Positions 36,806-46,274 of a stretch of 64,000 nucleotides of DNA are shown here, piece after piece; the stretch's first letter is position 1, and every line of letters begins with the position of its first letter. The notes below the pieces were generated by a model. It worked only from the letters and a program-made list of their open reading frames with translations. It was not told the DNA's origin and ran no database searches. This DNA is from Gaiellaceae bacterium (lineage in GTDB: Bacteria > Actinomycetota > Thermoleophilia > Gaiellales > Gaiellaceae): contig DATBBH010000164.1 of assembly GCA_036271075.1 (NCBI GenBank), positions 3,442 through 67,441 on the forward strand. The letters are read 5' to 3'. A program made the position numbers and the translations under genes.

Positions 36806-37705
36806 ATGCGCACGTTCACCTCGCTGGCGGCGATCTCGGTGCTCGCGCTCGCAGTCGGCTCGGCGGCGGCCAAGACAGTCACCGTCACGATCACGAAGAA
36901 CGGCTACGTTCCGAGCTCGACCTCGGTCGCGCAGGGTGACACTGTGCAGTTCACGAACAGCGACACGGTCGTCCATCAGGTTGCGTTCAAGTCGACAACC
37001 GGCGTCGTCTGCACGCCGAGCCCGCTCGTCATCCAGCCGACTGCGAGCGGCAGCTGCACGTTCAACGTCGCCGGGAGCTACACCTACTCCGACCCCAACG
37101 TAAAGGGACACGTGTTTCGCGGTACGGTCACGGTCACCGCGATTCCAGCGACGCTCAGCATCGCGGTCAACACGCCGATCGTCGTCTACGGCGGCAGCTC
37201 GATGCTCTCGGGCACACTCTCGACCCAGAAGGTGGGAGACAAGGTGGATGTGCTCGCCCAGCAGTGTGGCGGGCCCTCGACGAAAGTGACCACCGTGCAA
37301 ACGGCCGCGGGCGGCGTGTATTCGGCGGCCGTCAAGCCGCTCAAGAACACTGCGTACACCGCGAAGTACAGCGCCGTCGCGAGTGCTGCCGTCACCGTGC
37401 GTGTCCGGCCGAGTCTCCGGCTCGCGAAGATCGCGGCCCATCGGTTTTCGCTGCGCGTTTCCGCGGGCTCGAGCCTCGCGGGCAAGTACGCAAGCCTCCA
37501 GCGCTACAACGGGACGCTCAAGCGTTGGGTTGCCGTGCGCACCGTGCTGCTGAAGGCATCGTCGGCCGGGGTTGCGCCGACTGTCGTGTCGGCCGCGTCG
37601 TTCCGCACGTCGAGCCCTGCGCGCCTACGCGTCCGCGCCACGTTGGCGCAGCCGCAAGTTGGCAGCTGCTACGCGCCTGGAACGAGCAACGTGATCTCGA
37701 GCTGA
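36806..37705 (+). CDS. secreted cupredoxin-like / Ig-like domain protein
   Basis: ATG after GGAGAGGAG. Signal peptide MRTFTSLAAISVLALAVGSAAA. The segment VTITKNGYVPSSTSVAQGDTVQFTNSDTVVHQV resembles a cupredoxin-type fold. The C-terminal half is beta-rich. Confidence 0.75.
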   Translation: MRTFTSLAAISVLALAVGSAAAKTVTVTITKNGYVPSSTSVAQGDTVQFTNSDTVVHQVAFKSTTGVVCTPSPLVIQPTASGSCTFNVAGSYTYSDPNVKGHVFRGTVTVTAIPATLSIAVNTPIVVYGGSSMLSGTLSTQKVGDKVDVLAQQCGGPSTKVTTVQTAAGGVYSAAVKPLKNTAYTAKYSAVASAAVTVRVRPSLRLAKIAAHRFSLRVSAGSSLAGKYASLQRYNGTLKRWVAVRTVLLKASSAGVAPTVVSAASFRTSSPARLRVRATLAQPQVGSCYAPGTSNVISS

Positions 37706-37731
37706 ACGGGGTGTCAGCGCCCTCGAGCCCG

Positions 37732-38679
37732 ATGTTTCCGGCGGCGCGGCGTCGGACCGGGATGTATGAGTCGTTCTACCTGCGGGTAGTTTCGCCCGAT
37801 GAGCCGGTCGCGGTCTGGATCCGCTACACGGTGCACAAACGCCCCGGGCACGAGCCAAAAGGCTCGGTGTGGTGCACGGTGTTCGATGTCCGGCGGGGCG
37901 CGCCGTTCACGGCCAAGGTGACGACGGAGCAATTGAAGGCGCCGGATGGTGGCTGGATCGCAATCGGAGAGGAGAGCGAGTTCCGCCCCGGGAAGGCGTG
38001 GGGCAGCTGCGGCCAGGCGCGTTGGTCACTGCGCTTCGACTCCGGCGAGCCCGAGCTGCGCCATCTCGTTCCCAACCTGCTCTATCGCCTGCCCTTGCCG
38101 CGCACGAAGCTCACGAGCCCGGCGCCGGCCGCGCGCTTCCACGGCACGGTCGAGCTGGCAGGACGCGACGCGATCGAGCTACTCGGCTGGTCGGGCATGG
38201 TCGGCCACAACTGGGGCAGCGAACACGCCGAGCGCTGGATCTGGCTGCACGGGGTCGACTTCGAGGGAACGCCGGGCACGTGGATCGATGTCGCGCTCGG
38301 ACGACTGCGGATCGCCGGACGAATGACGCCGTGGGTGGCGAACGGTGTCCTGTCGCTGGAGGGCCGCCGCGTTCGTCTCGGTGGCCTGTTCGCGGGCGAC
38401 GTCAAAGTGTCCGAAAGCGCGGCCGGCTGCACGCTTCGGCTGCCCGCCGAGCACGACATGACCCTCGAGGCCGAGGTTGAGGTCCCAGCAGGCTCGTCCG
38501 CCGGCTGGCGTTACGCCGACCCGGACGGCGGCGAGCACGATGTGATCAACTGCTCGGTCGCCGCACTCGAGCTGCGCCTAGGCTCGCGAACGTTCCGTAC
38601 CACACACGGTGCCGCCTACGAGCTCGGGATGCGCGAACATGACCACGGTGTGCCGATCGCCGCTTTTCCCGACGGCTGA
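37732..38679 (+). CDS. hypothetical protein (possibly tocopherol-cyclase/CrtC-like fold)
   Basis: Consistent coding frame (YESFYLRV....W.RYT.......GS.W...F......GMVGHNWGSEHAERWIWLHG). Start is one of 37711 (GTG), 37732 (ATG) or 37762 (ATG). The family call is weak. Confidence 0.6.
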   Translation: MFPAARRRTGMYESFYLRVVSPDEPVAVWIRYTVHKRPGHEPKGSVWCTVFDVRRGAPFTAKVTTEQLKAPDGGWIAIGEESEFRPGKAWGSCGQARWSLRFDSGEPELRHLVPNLLYRLPLPRTKLTSPAPAARFHGTVELAGRDAIELLGWSGMVGHNWGSEHAERWIWLHGVDFEGTPGTWIDVALGRLRIAGRMTPWVANGVLSLEGRRVRLGGLFAGDVKVSESAAGCTLRLPAEHDMTLEAEVEVPAGSSAGWRYADPDGGEHDVINCSVAALELRLGSRTFRTTHGAAYELGMREHDHGVPIAAFPDG

Positions 38680-38691
38680 CGTTCGGGCTGC

Positions 38692-39339
38692 CTAGTGGTC
38701 GATCAGTTCCTTGAACGCCGGTTCGTCGCGGATCGCGTCGAGGTCCGAATCATCCTTCGCGTACCCGCGAAACTCGTCCGCCATGTCGATCGCATGCTGG
38801 AGGTGGTCGAGCGCCTCGGTCGTCCGGCCGGTCAGGCTCTCGCAGCAGGCGAGGTTGTAGAACAACAGCGCGTACTGCGGAGACGCCTCGACCATCGCCC
38901 GTAGGCGTTCCGCCACCTCCGCGTACTCGCCCGCCTGGTAGAGGGGAGCGAGCGGAGCCCAGAGCTCCCATCCGCCGGCCTCGTACGGCTTCCCCACCGT
39001 GCCGCCGAATGCGATCACGGTCGTCCCGGCCTCCTCGGCGAACGCCGTTCGGTTCACACCCGGGCGGACAAAGACGAGAGCGCCGGTGGGGGCGTCCACC
39101 CGGTCACCGTCGACCTCGAACACAGCGTGCCCCTGCAGAACGAGGTACAGCTCCTCGTGCGAGTCGGAGTCGGACTCGTCGTGCTCGTTGATGATCCGGT
39201 CGCCCGCTGTCCGAGCGGTCCACGCATTGACACCGAAGGCCGTGATGCCGAGGTGGTGCCGTACCGGCCGATACGGGCACCGCCCGTCGTCCTGCTCCTC
39301 GATCTCATCGAGGTGCGCTACCGAGTAGCCGCTACTCAC
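38692..39339 (-). CDS. cupin domain protein with C-terminal TPR-like helical region
   Basis: GTG start. Cupin core HDESDSDSHEELYLVLQGHAVFEVDG..V....GALVFV.PG. The C-terminal part is helical (YNLACCESLTGRTTEALDHLQHAI). Confidence 0.75.
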   Translation of the reverse strand: MSSGYSVAHLDEIEEQDDGRCPYRPVRHHLGITAFGVNAWTARTAGDRIINEHDESDSDSHEELYLVLQGHAVFEVDGDRVDAPTGALVFVRPGVNRTAFAEEAGTTVIAFGGTVGKPYEAGGWELWAPLAPLYQAGEYAEVAERLRAMVEASPQYALLFYNLACCESLTGRTTEALDHLQHAIDMADEFRGYAKDDSDLDAIRDEPAFKELIDH

Positions 39340-39346
39340 GCACCAC

Positions 39347-40627
39347 CTACGACTCGACGCGCTCGATGTGCGCGCCGAGCGCGCGCAAGCGTTCGTCGAT
39401 GCGCTCGTAGCCCTTGTCGATCTGATAGGCGTCGCCGATCGTCGATGTTCCCTGGGCGCACAGCGCAGCGATCACCATTGCCATGCCGGCGCGAATGTCC
39501 GGGCTCGACATGCGCTGGCCGTAGAGGGGCGCCGCGCCAGTCACGACCACGCGGTGCGGATCGCAGAGAATGATTCGCGCGCCCATCGAGACGAGCTTGT
39601 CTACGAAGAACAGACGGCTCTCGAACATCTTCTCGAACACCAACACGGTGCCCTTCGACTGCGTCGCCACCACCACCGCGATCGAGGTCAGGTCGGCAGG
39701 GAACGCAGGCCACGGTCCGTCCTCGACCTTCGGAATCGCGCCGCCGAGATCGTCCTTGATGGCGAGCGTCTGGTTCGGCGGAACGCGCACCCAGTCGCCC
39801 CCGAGCTCGACCTCGACGCCGAGCCGTCGCAGGACCGGCAGGACCGGCCAGAGATCGTCGGGCAAGATGCCCTCGATCGTGATCTCACCGCCCGTGACGG
39901 CGGCCATACCGATGAAGCTTCCAACCTCGATGTGCTCCGGACCGATCGAATGCGAGCCGCCGTACAGACGCTCGACGCCGGTGACGTGCAACACGTTCGA
40001 ACCGATCCCGTCGATCTGCGCGCCAAGTGAGACCAGGAAGCGGCAGAGGTCCTGCACATGCGGCTCGCAGGCGGCGTTCGAGATCATCGTCTTGCCCGGT
40101 GCGAGCGACGCCGCCATCACGGCGTTCTCGGTCGCCATCACCGACGCCTCGTCCATGTGGATGTGGGAACCGCTCAGCCGGCCGCTCAACTCGTAGCGTC
40201 CCTCCGGGTAGTCGAACTTCGCTCCGAGCTCCGCGAATGCATGGATGTGCGGATCGAGCCGGCGCCGGCCGATCACATCGCCACCGGGGGGCGGCACGTT
40301 TGCGCGGCCGAGGCGAGCCAGCAGCGGGCCGGCAAGCAGGAACGAGGCGCGGATGCGGCTCGCGAGTCGTGCGTCGACCTCGTGCGTGACGTGCTGAGCA
40401 TGCACGCGGACCTCGTTCTCGCCCGTCCATTCGAATTCGGCCCCGAGATTCGAGAGCAAGTCGAGCATCGTGTCGACGTCACGGATATGCGGCACGTTCG
40501 ACAACGACACCGGCTCGTCCGTGAGCAGGCAGGACGCGAGGATCGGGAGCGCGCCGTTCTTGTTGCCGGACGCACGAACCCGCCCCGAGATCGGGTGGCC
40601 CCCTTCGATGACGAACGATTCGGCCAA
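39347..40627 (-). CDS. murA: UDP-N-acetylglucosamine 1-carboxyvinyltransferase
   Basis: FVIEGGHPISGRVRASGNKNGALPILASCLL...PHIRDVDTM...RLDPH. The TTG start at 40627 gives a canonical N-terminus; GTG at 40660 is an alternative. The 583-aa ORF-track version is an upstream read-through. Confidence 0.9.
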   Translation of the reverse strand: MAESFVIEGGHPISGRVRASGNKNGALPILASCLLTDEPVSLSNVPHIRDVDTMLDLLSNLGAEFEWTGENEVRVHAQHVTHEVDARLASRIRASFLLAGPLLARLGRANVPPPGGDVIGRRRLDPHIHAFAELGAKFDYPEGRYELSGRLSGSHIHMDEASVMATENAVMAASLAPGKTMISNAACEPHVQDLCRFLVSLGAQIDGIGSNVLHVTGVERLYGGSHSIGPEHIEVGSFIGMAAVTGGEITIEGILPDDLWPVLPVLRRLGVEVELGGDWVRVPPNQTLAIKDDLGGAIPKVEDGPWPAFPADLTSIAVVVATQSKGTVLVFEKMFESRLFFVDKLVSMGARIILCDPHRVVVTGAAPLYGQRMSSPDIRAGMAMVIAALCAQGTSTIGDAYQIDKGYERIDERLRALGAHIERVES

Positions 40628-40675
40628 GGGTCTGACGATGGTCGAGGACAAAGCGCGCACTATGCTAGCCCGACC

Positions 40676-41239
40676 GTGAATCCGACTCGCGAACAAGCCT
40701 GGAAGACGCTCACCCATTACACAAAGAGCGAGGCGCTCCTGCGTCACGCCCTGGCCGTGGAGGCTTCGACGGCGTCGTACGCTGTTCGATTCGGCGAGGA
40801 CGAGGAGCTCTGGCGGGTGGCGGCGCTCCTGCACGACTTCGACTACGAGATCCACCCCACGCTCGACCAGCACCCGCAGGATGGCGCACCCATCCTGCGC
40901 GAGGAGGGATACCCCGAGGTCGTGATCGACACCGTGCTCTCGCACGCCAACCACCTCGACCTCCCGCGGGACACGCTGCTCAAGAAGACGCTCTTCGCCT
41001 GCGACGAGCTCTCCGGTTTCATTCACGCGTGTGGTCTCGTGCGCCCCACCGGTCTCGAGGGGCTTGAGCCCAAATCGGTCAAGAAGAAGCTCAAGCAACC
41101 GTCATTCGCAGCAGGAGTGTCGCGCGACGACGTCTACGAGGGCGCCGAACTGCTCGGCCTCGAGCTCGACGCGCACATCTCGAACGTTGTCGCCGCGCTC
41201 CAGCCGATCGCCGGCGAGCTGGGTCTGCCGTCGAGCTAG
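40676..41239 (+). CDS. HD-domain phosphohydrolase (HDIG-like)
   Basis: GTG start (VNPTREQAWKTL...). LRHALAVE...AALLHDFDYE motif. 187 aa. Confidence 0.8.
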   Translation: MNPTREQAWKTLTHYTKSEALLRHALAVEASTASYAVRFGEDEELWRVAALLHDFDYEIHPTLDQHPQDGAPILREEGYPEVVIDTVLSHANHLDLPRDTLLKKTLFACDELSGFIHACGLVRPTGLEGLEPKSVKKKLKQPSFAAGVSRDDVYEGAELLGLELDAHISNVVAALQPIAGELGLPSS

Positions 41240-42327
41240 AGCGCAGCCAGGCCGTCGACCAGGCGCTCGAGATCGCCGTCGTCGTTCCACCAGCCGACCG
41301 ACGCGCGCAGCAGGCCGGTCCCCTGAAGCTCGCGCACGATCACGCCACGCTCGTAGAGCGCGGCCGCTGCCTCGGCCGTGTCGCCGGCAAACCTGAACGA
41401 CACGAGCGTCGCCTGGCCGGGGGCAGTGACCACCTCGTGGCCCTGCTCACGCAAGAGCTCGCGGCACTGCTCGGCCAGCGCTCGCGCCCGCTCGAAGCGT
41501 TCGCCGGGAAGGTCGGAGAGCGCGGCCTCGAGTCCGACGAGCGACGTCGCCGGGGTGAAGGTCGCGTCGAACCGGCGCGCCCCGGCCTTCGGCACCCAGC
41601 TGCCCTCGGCGATGTCGTACGACTCGGCGCTCGGGTAGGCGATCAACCGGGGCCGAAGCGCGTCGGGCTCGCGTACGTAGAGCGCGCCGGTGGCGTCCGG
41701 GCCGCAGAGCCATTTTTGGGCGCTGATCGTGTAGAAGTCCGCGGCGGCCGCGTCGACGTCGAGCGCGCCGACGGACTGTGCTCCGTCGACGAGCACCGGC
41801 ACGTTCGTCGCCTCTCGCAGCTCCCGCCACGGGAAGATCGTGCCGTCGATCCAGGAGACCGCCGAGATCGCAATGAGTCGGGTGCGCGGGGTCACCTGCT
41901 CACGGATGAGATCGAACACGTCGGCGGGATCTGCGCCCCGCACCCTGGCGATCCGGAGGCCCGCGGCCGTTCCGAGCAGCGGCCCCGTCAGTCCGAAGTG
42001 CTCGGCGTCGGTCGTGGCCACCTCGTCGCCTTCACGAAGACCGAGACCGGTGATCACGATCTGGACGCCCTGCGTCGTCGAGTCGGTCAACGCGATGTGC
42101 CCGGCAGTCACCCGCACCTGGGCGGCGAGGAGCTCGCGCACACGCTCGCGCCGTTCGAGCATCCCGTCGAAGTAGACCTTGCCGCCGCGGCCGTGCACTC
42201 CCTCCCACGCGCGCAGCTCCGCCATCTCGACGAGTGTCGTGCGAGCGAGCGGGCCGAACGTCCCCGCATTCAGGTACGCGAACCGATCGAGCACCGGGAA
42301 CCGCGCGCGCTGCTCTTGCCACGTCAT
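41236..42327 (-). CDS. class V aminotransferase / cysteine desulfurase-like PLP enzyme
   Basis: MTWQEQRARFPVLDRFAYLNAGTFGP... and ISAQKWLCGPDATGALYV (PLP Lys). The ATGA overlaps the upstream EEP gene. Confidence 0.85.
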   Translation of the reverse strand: MTWQEQRARFPVLDRFAYLNAGTFGPLARTTLVEMAELRAWEGVHGRGGKVYFDGMLERRERVRELLAAQVRVTAGHIALTDSTTQGVQIVITGLGLREGDEVATTDAEHFGLTGPLLGTAAGLRIARVRGADPADVFDLIREQVTPRTRLIAISAVSWIDGTIFPWRELREATNVPVLVDGAQSVGALDVDAAAADFYTISAQKWLCGPDATGALYVREPDALRPRLIAYPSAESYDIAEGSWVPKAGARRFDATFTPATSLVGLEAALSDLPGERFERARALAEQCRELLREQGHEVVTAPGQATLVSFRFAGDTAEAAAALYERGVIVRELQGTGLLRASVGWWNDDGDLERLVDGLAAL

Positions 42328-43112
42328 GAAATGTCGAGCTCCACCGGCGCGTGGTCGGACAGGAGGCGGCCGGCCCGTGTCCGCTGCTCTTCCGGCCAGC
42401 GACGGAGCGGCGTGACGGGCGCGCCACGGACGAGGATCTGGTCGATGCCGGGGCCCGGCTCCGAGAACCCCCACTCCGCGCCGCTCAGCTCCTGCAGCGT
42501 CGTGGACTCGGTCGCCCGCACGTTGAAGTCGCCCGCCAGGACGACGACGTCTTCCGGTTGCGCTTCGGAGACTGCGAACCAGGCTGCTCGCAGCAGCTCC
42601 GCGTCGGGAAGGCGAACATCGGCCGCATAGCTCGTGCAGTGCATGTTCGCGACGAGGAAGGTCCGACCGGCGGCATCGGCGAGACGCGCCGCCTGGACGA
42701 TCCGCCGCTCCCTCGCCCAGGCGATCCGCGCACGCGAGCCCAGGCCGAGCGCCCGGGCCCGTGCGTCACGAAACCGGCGCGGATTCAGCGTCAGCGACGA
42801 GCGGGAGAGGACACGCAGCGCAGGCCCGACGAAGAGTGCGTTCCCCTGGCCCGAGAACGCCGAACGGAGCAGGCCCTGGTTCGGCCGCGTCAGGCGGTGG
42901 CCGAGCCCCGCGCTGATCGGGAACGGCCCGACTCGCGGCCGGGCGGCCACGTCGCCGACGGTGAAGCGGCCGAGCGCCCAGGCCGGCACCTCCTGCACGC
43001 ACAACACACCAGGCGCGTCCGCGGTTGCGAGACGAAACATCTCGTCCAGGTAGCCCGCACGCTGTGGTGGGACCGTGTTGCCGTGGAACAGGTTCCAGCT
43101 GCGAACGACCAC
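42324..43112 (-). CDS. endonuclease/exonuclease/phosphatase (EEP) family protein
   Basis: SWNLFHGN..., LCVQEV, LAGDFNV and SDHAPVELDI motifs. GTG start. Confidence 0.85.
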   Translation of the reverse strand: MVVRSWNLFHGNTVPPQRAGYLDEMFRLATADAPGVLCVQEVPAWALGRFTVGDVAARPRVGPFPISAGLGHRLTRPNQGLLRSAFSGQGNALFVGPALRVLSRSSLTLNPRRFRDARARALGLGSRARIAWARERRIVQAARLADAAGRTFLVANMHCTSYAADVRLPDAELLRAAWFAVSEAQPEDVVVLAGDFNVRATESTTLQELSGAEWGFSEPGPGIDQILVRGAPVTPLRRWPEEQRTRAGRLLSDHAPVELDIS

Positions 43113-43129
43113 ACGCCTAAGCTACTTCG

Positions 43130-44167
43130 ATGCGCGTGCTCCTCGCTGACCCGCCGGCGTTCACGCCGTGGTACGACCACGAGCTTGCAGCGGCCCTCAC
43201 GCGCGCCGGGGCGGACGTCGAGCTCCAGACGTCGCGTTTCCGGTTCGGCGAGGTCCCGCCCGTCGATGGCTATCGACGAACCGAGCGGTGGTATCCAGTC
43301 TCATCACGGCTGTTCAAGCGCTCGCGCCTGCGGTTGCCTCTGAAGGCGGTCGAGCATCTCGAGGTGATCCGCTCGCTCTCGCGTGCGCGTGCCGACGTAC
43401 TGCACGTGCAGTGGCTCGCCCTGCCCCAGGCGGATGTGCACCTGCGCTTTCGCTCGCCGTCGGTCTTCACTGCGCACGACCTACTGCCCCGGCGAACGGC
43501 AGCCAACACGGATCTCTGGCGCCGCCTCCTGGCGCGGTTCGACCGGGTCGTCGTCCACACCGAGCGTGGCCGCGAGGCGCTCGTCGAGCTCGGCGTCGAC
43601 GCCCGAGTGATCCCACATCCGGTCTACCCGAGCGCCGCCGAGCGCGCCGACGACGGTGCGACGCTGCTCGCGCTCGGCGTGATCCGCCCGTACAAGGGGC
43701 TCGCCGACGCAGTCGAGGTGACGCGGCGCCTGCCGGACGCGCGACTCCTGGTGGCTGGCGATCCCGCCATGCCGCTCGACGATTTGCGCGGCGCCGAGCG
43801 CGTCGAGTGGCGCCTCGGCTTCCTCTCGACGGCCGAGCTCGATCGTGCGCTCTCGGAGGCTACGGTGGCGGTCTTCCCCTACCGCGCCGAGCTCGATCAA
43901 TCCGGTGCGCTTCTCCAGGCTCTTGGAGCGGGCGTGCCGGCAGTGGTCTACGACGTGGCGGGCCTCGGTGAGCCCGTGCGCGCGTACGGTGCGGGGCGCG
44001 TCGTTCCGGCAGGCGACATCGCTGCCCTCACGGCAGCTGTCAGTGAGCTGCTCTCCGACAGCGAAGCACTCGACGCCGCGCGGGCAGGCGCCGAACGCGC
44101 CCGTGCGGAGTTGACCTGGGACGCCTCAGCGGCGCGCCACCTGGCGCTCTACGGAGAGCTTGTCTGA
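43130..44167 (+). CDS. glycosyltransferase family 4 (GT-B)
   Basis: MRVLLADPP... and a C-terminal E(x7)E-like region (FPYRAELDQSGALLQALGAGVPAVV). Confidence 0.85.
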   Translation: MRVLLADPPAFTPWYDHELAAALTRAGADVELQTSRFRFGEVPPVDGYRRTERWYPVSSRLFKRSRLRLPLKAVEHLEVIRSLSRARADVLHVQWLALPQADVHLRFRSPSVFTAHDLLPRRTAANTDLWRRLLARFDRVVVHTERGREALVELGVDARVIPHPVYPSAAERADDGATLLALGVIRPYKGLADAVEVTRRLPDARLLVAGDPAMPLDDLRGAERVEWRLGFLSTAELDRALSEATVAVFPYRAELDQSGALLQALGAGVPAVVYDVAGLGEPVRAYGAGRVVPAGDIAALTAAVSELLSDSEALDAARAGAERARAELTWDASAARHLALYGELV

Positions 44168-44472
44168 TGTTCCGGCGCGGCCGCTTCACGAAGGTGATCG
44201 AGGCCCAGCTCGACTTGTTCGAGCGCGACCACCGCGACGTCATCGACGAGGCCGACGCGCGTCTCGATGCGTACAACGACGCCGACCGTGACGCGGCAGA
44301 GGAGCTCTACGGCGACTACCTCGACGCCGTCGAGACCGGGACTGAGATCCTCGCCGACATGCGCGATCACTACGCACAGTCGCTCGACGAGCCGGACCGG
44401 TACCTGCGCGAGTTCAACAAGGCGGTCGAGCGGCGCTTGCCTCCGTTCGCACTGGAGATCGAGAATCGGTAA
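44167..44472 (+). CDS. small acidic hypothetical protein
   Basis: 101 aa, translationally coupled on both sides (TGATG at the 5' end, a shared base with the GH15 start at the 3' end). Helical and Asp/Glu-rich. Confidence 0.65.
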   Translation: MFRRGRFTKVIEAQLDLFERDHRDVIDEADARLDAYNDADRDAAEELYGDYLDAVETGTEILADMRDHYAQSLDEPDRYLREFNKAVERRLPPFALEIENR

Positions 44473-46274
44473 TGGCGGAACGGATCGAGGACTACGCGCT
44501 CGTCGGCGACCTGCAGACCGCAGCGCTGATCGGCCGCGAGGGGTCGATCGACTGGCTCTGTTTCCCACGCTTCGACTCGGGCTCGTGCTTCGGTGGGCTG
44601 CTCGGGACGCACGATCACGGCCACTGGGGCATCTCACCCGTCGAGGGCGGGCCGGCGACCGCGCGCCGCTATCGCCGCGACACGCTCATCCTGGAAAGCG
44701 AGTGGCAGACAACCACCGGGCGTGTGCGGCTGATCGACTTCATGCCGCCCCGTGGCCGTGCTCCCGACATCGTGCGCATCGTCGAGGGTCTGGACGGGAC
44801 CGTCGAGCTGGCAACCGAGTTCGTGATCCGGTTCGATTACGGCTCGGTCATCCCGTGGGTTCGCCGGCTCGACGACGACACGCTCGTCGCGATCGGAGGA
44901 CCGGACGGCCTGGCGCTGCGTACACCCGTTGACCTGGAGCCGGACGGGATGACGCACACCGCGACGTTCGCGGTGCATGCGGGCGAACGGGTGCCGTTTG
45001 TGCTCACCTGGTTTCCGTCACATCACCGGCCACCCCAGCCGGTGGACGCCGAGCATGCGCTGCGCGACACGGAGGCCTACTGGCTGAAGTGGTTCGAGCG
45101 CTGCGGCTACGACGGCGATTACCGCGAGGCGGTGTACACGTCGCTCGCCGTCCTGAAGGCGCTCACATACCAGCCGACGGGCGGCATCGTCGCAGCGCCG
45201 ACGACGTCGTTGCCCGAGCAGATCGGCGGCGTGCGCAACTGGGACTACCGCTTCACCTGGCTGCGGGACGCAACGTTCACGTTGCTCGCGATGATGAACG
45301 CCGGGTACATCGACGAGTCGCGCGCGTGGCGCAACTGGTTGTTGCGCGCGGTCGCTGGTGATCCCGCGAACGCCCAGATCCTCTACGGTGTCGCGGGCGA
45401 GCGGCGCGTGACCGAACGCGAGCTCAATTGGCTTCCCGGCTACGCCGGCTCTGCACCGGTGCGCGTGGGCAACGCCGCCCACGAGCAGTTTCAGCTCGAT
45501 GTCTACGGCGAGGTGATGGACGCGCTGCACCAGGCCCGTGTCGACGGTCTGCCGGCCGACGACCATGCCTGGTCGCTGCAGCGCAGGATGATGGACTTCC
45601 TCGAGGGCGCCTGGGAGCAGCCGGACGAAGGCATTTGGGAAGTGCGTGGACCGCGGCGGCACTTCACGCACTCGAAGGTGCTCGCCTGGGTGGCATTCGA
45701 ACGGGCCGTCGACACGGTCGAGCGGTTCGACCTACCCGGGCCGGTCGAGCGCTGGCGCAGACTACGCGACGAGGTGCATCGCGAGGTATGTCGCGAGGCG
45801 TTCAACGTGGAGCTCAACTCGTTCACACAGGCCTACGGCTCCAATGAGCTCGACGCGTCCACCCTGCTGATCCCGCTCGTCGGCTTCCTCCCCGGCGACG
45901 ACCCACGGGTGCTCGGCACGATCGACGCAATCCAGCGCGACCTCACCCGTGACGGGTTCGTCGAGCGCTACCGCTCGCGGGGTTACAACGAGGTCGACGG
46001 TTTGCCCGGAGGAGAAGGCGTCTTCCTGCCGTGCTCGTTCTGGCTCGTCGACGCGCTCCTGATGGCAGAGCGACACGACGAAGCGCGGGCGCTGTTCGAG
46101 CAGCTGCTGGCGATTCGCAATGACCTCGGCCTCCTCTCCGAGGAGTACGACCCGGCGGCCAAGCGGCTGCTCGGGAACTTTCCGCAGGCGTTCACCCACG
46201 TCGGTCTCGTCAACTCGGCCTACAACCTCTCGCACCATCTGGGGCCGGCACATCAGCGCACAGGCCAGCGCTAG
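44472..46274 (+). CDS. glycoside hydrolase family 15 (glucoamylase/trehalase-type)
   Basis: IEDYALVGDLQTAALIGREGSIDWLCFPRFDS..., GGVRNWDYRF.WLRDA and the (alpha/alpha)6 C-terminal motif NFPQAFTHVGL. Confidence 0.92.
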   Translation: MAERIEDYALVGDLQTAALIGREGSIDWLCFPRFDSGSCFGGLLGTHDHGHWGISPVEGGPATARRYRRDTLILESEWQTTTGRVRLIDFMPPRGRAPDIVRIVEGLDGTVELATEFVIRFDYGSVIPWVRRLDDDTLVAIGGPDGLALRTPVDLEPDGMTHTATFAVHAGERVPFVLTWFPSHHRPPQPVDAEHALRDTEAYWLKWFERCGYDGDYREAVYTSLAVLKALTYQPTGGIVAAPTTSLPEQIGGVRNWDYRFTWLRDATFTLLAMMNAGYIDESRAWRNWLLRAVAGDPANAQILYGVAGERRVTERELNWLPGYAGSAPVRVGNAAHEQFQLDVYGEVMDALHQARVDGLPADDHAWSLQRRMMDFLEGAWEQPDEGIWEVRGPRRHFTHSKVLAWVAFERAVDTVERFDLPGPVERWRRLRDEVHREVCREAFNVELNSFTQAYGSNELDASTLLIPLVGFLPGDDPRVLGTIDAIQRDLTRDGFVERYRSRGYNEVDGLPGGEGVFLPCSFWLVDALLMAERHDEARALFEQLLAIRNDLGLLSEEYDPAAKRLLGNFPQAFTHVGLVNSAYNLSHHLGPAHQRTGQR

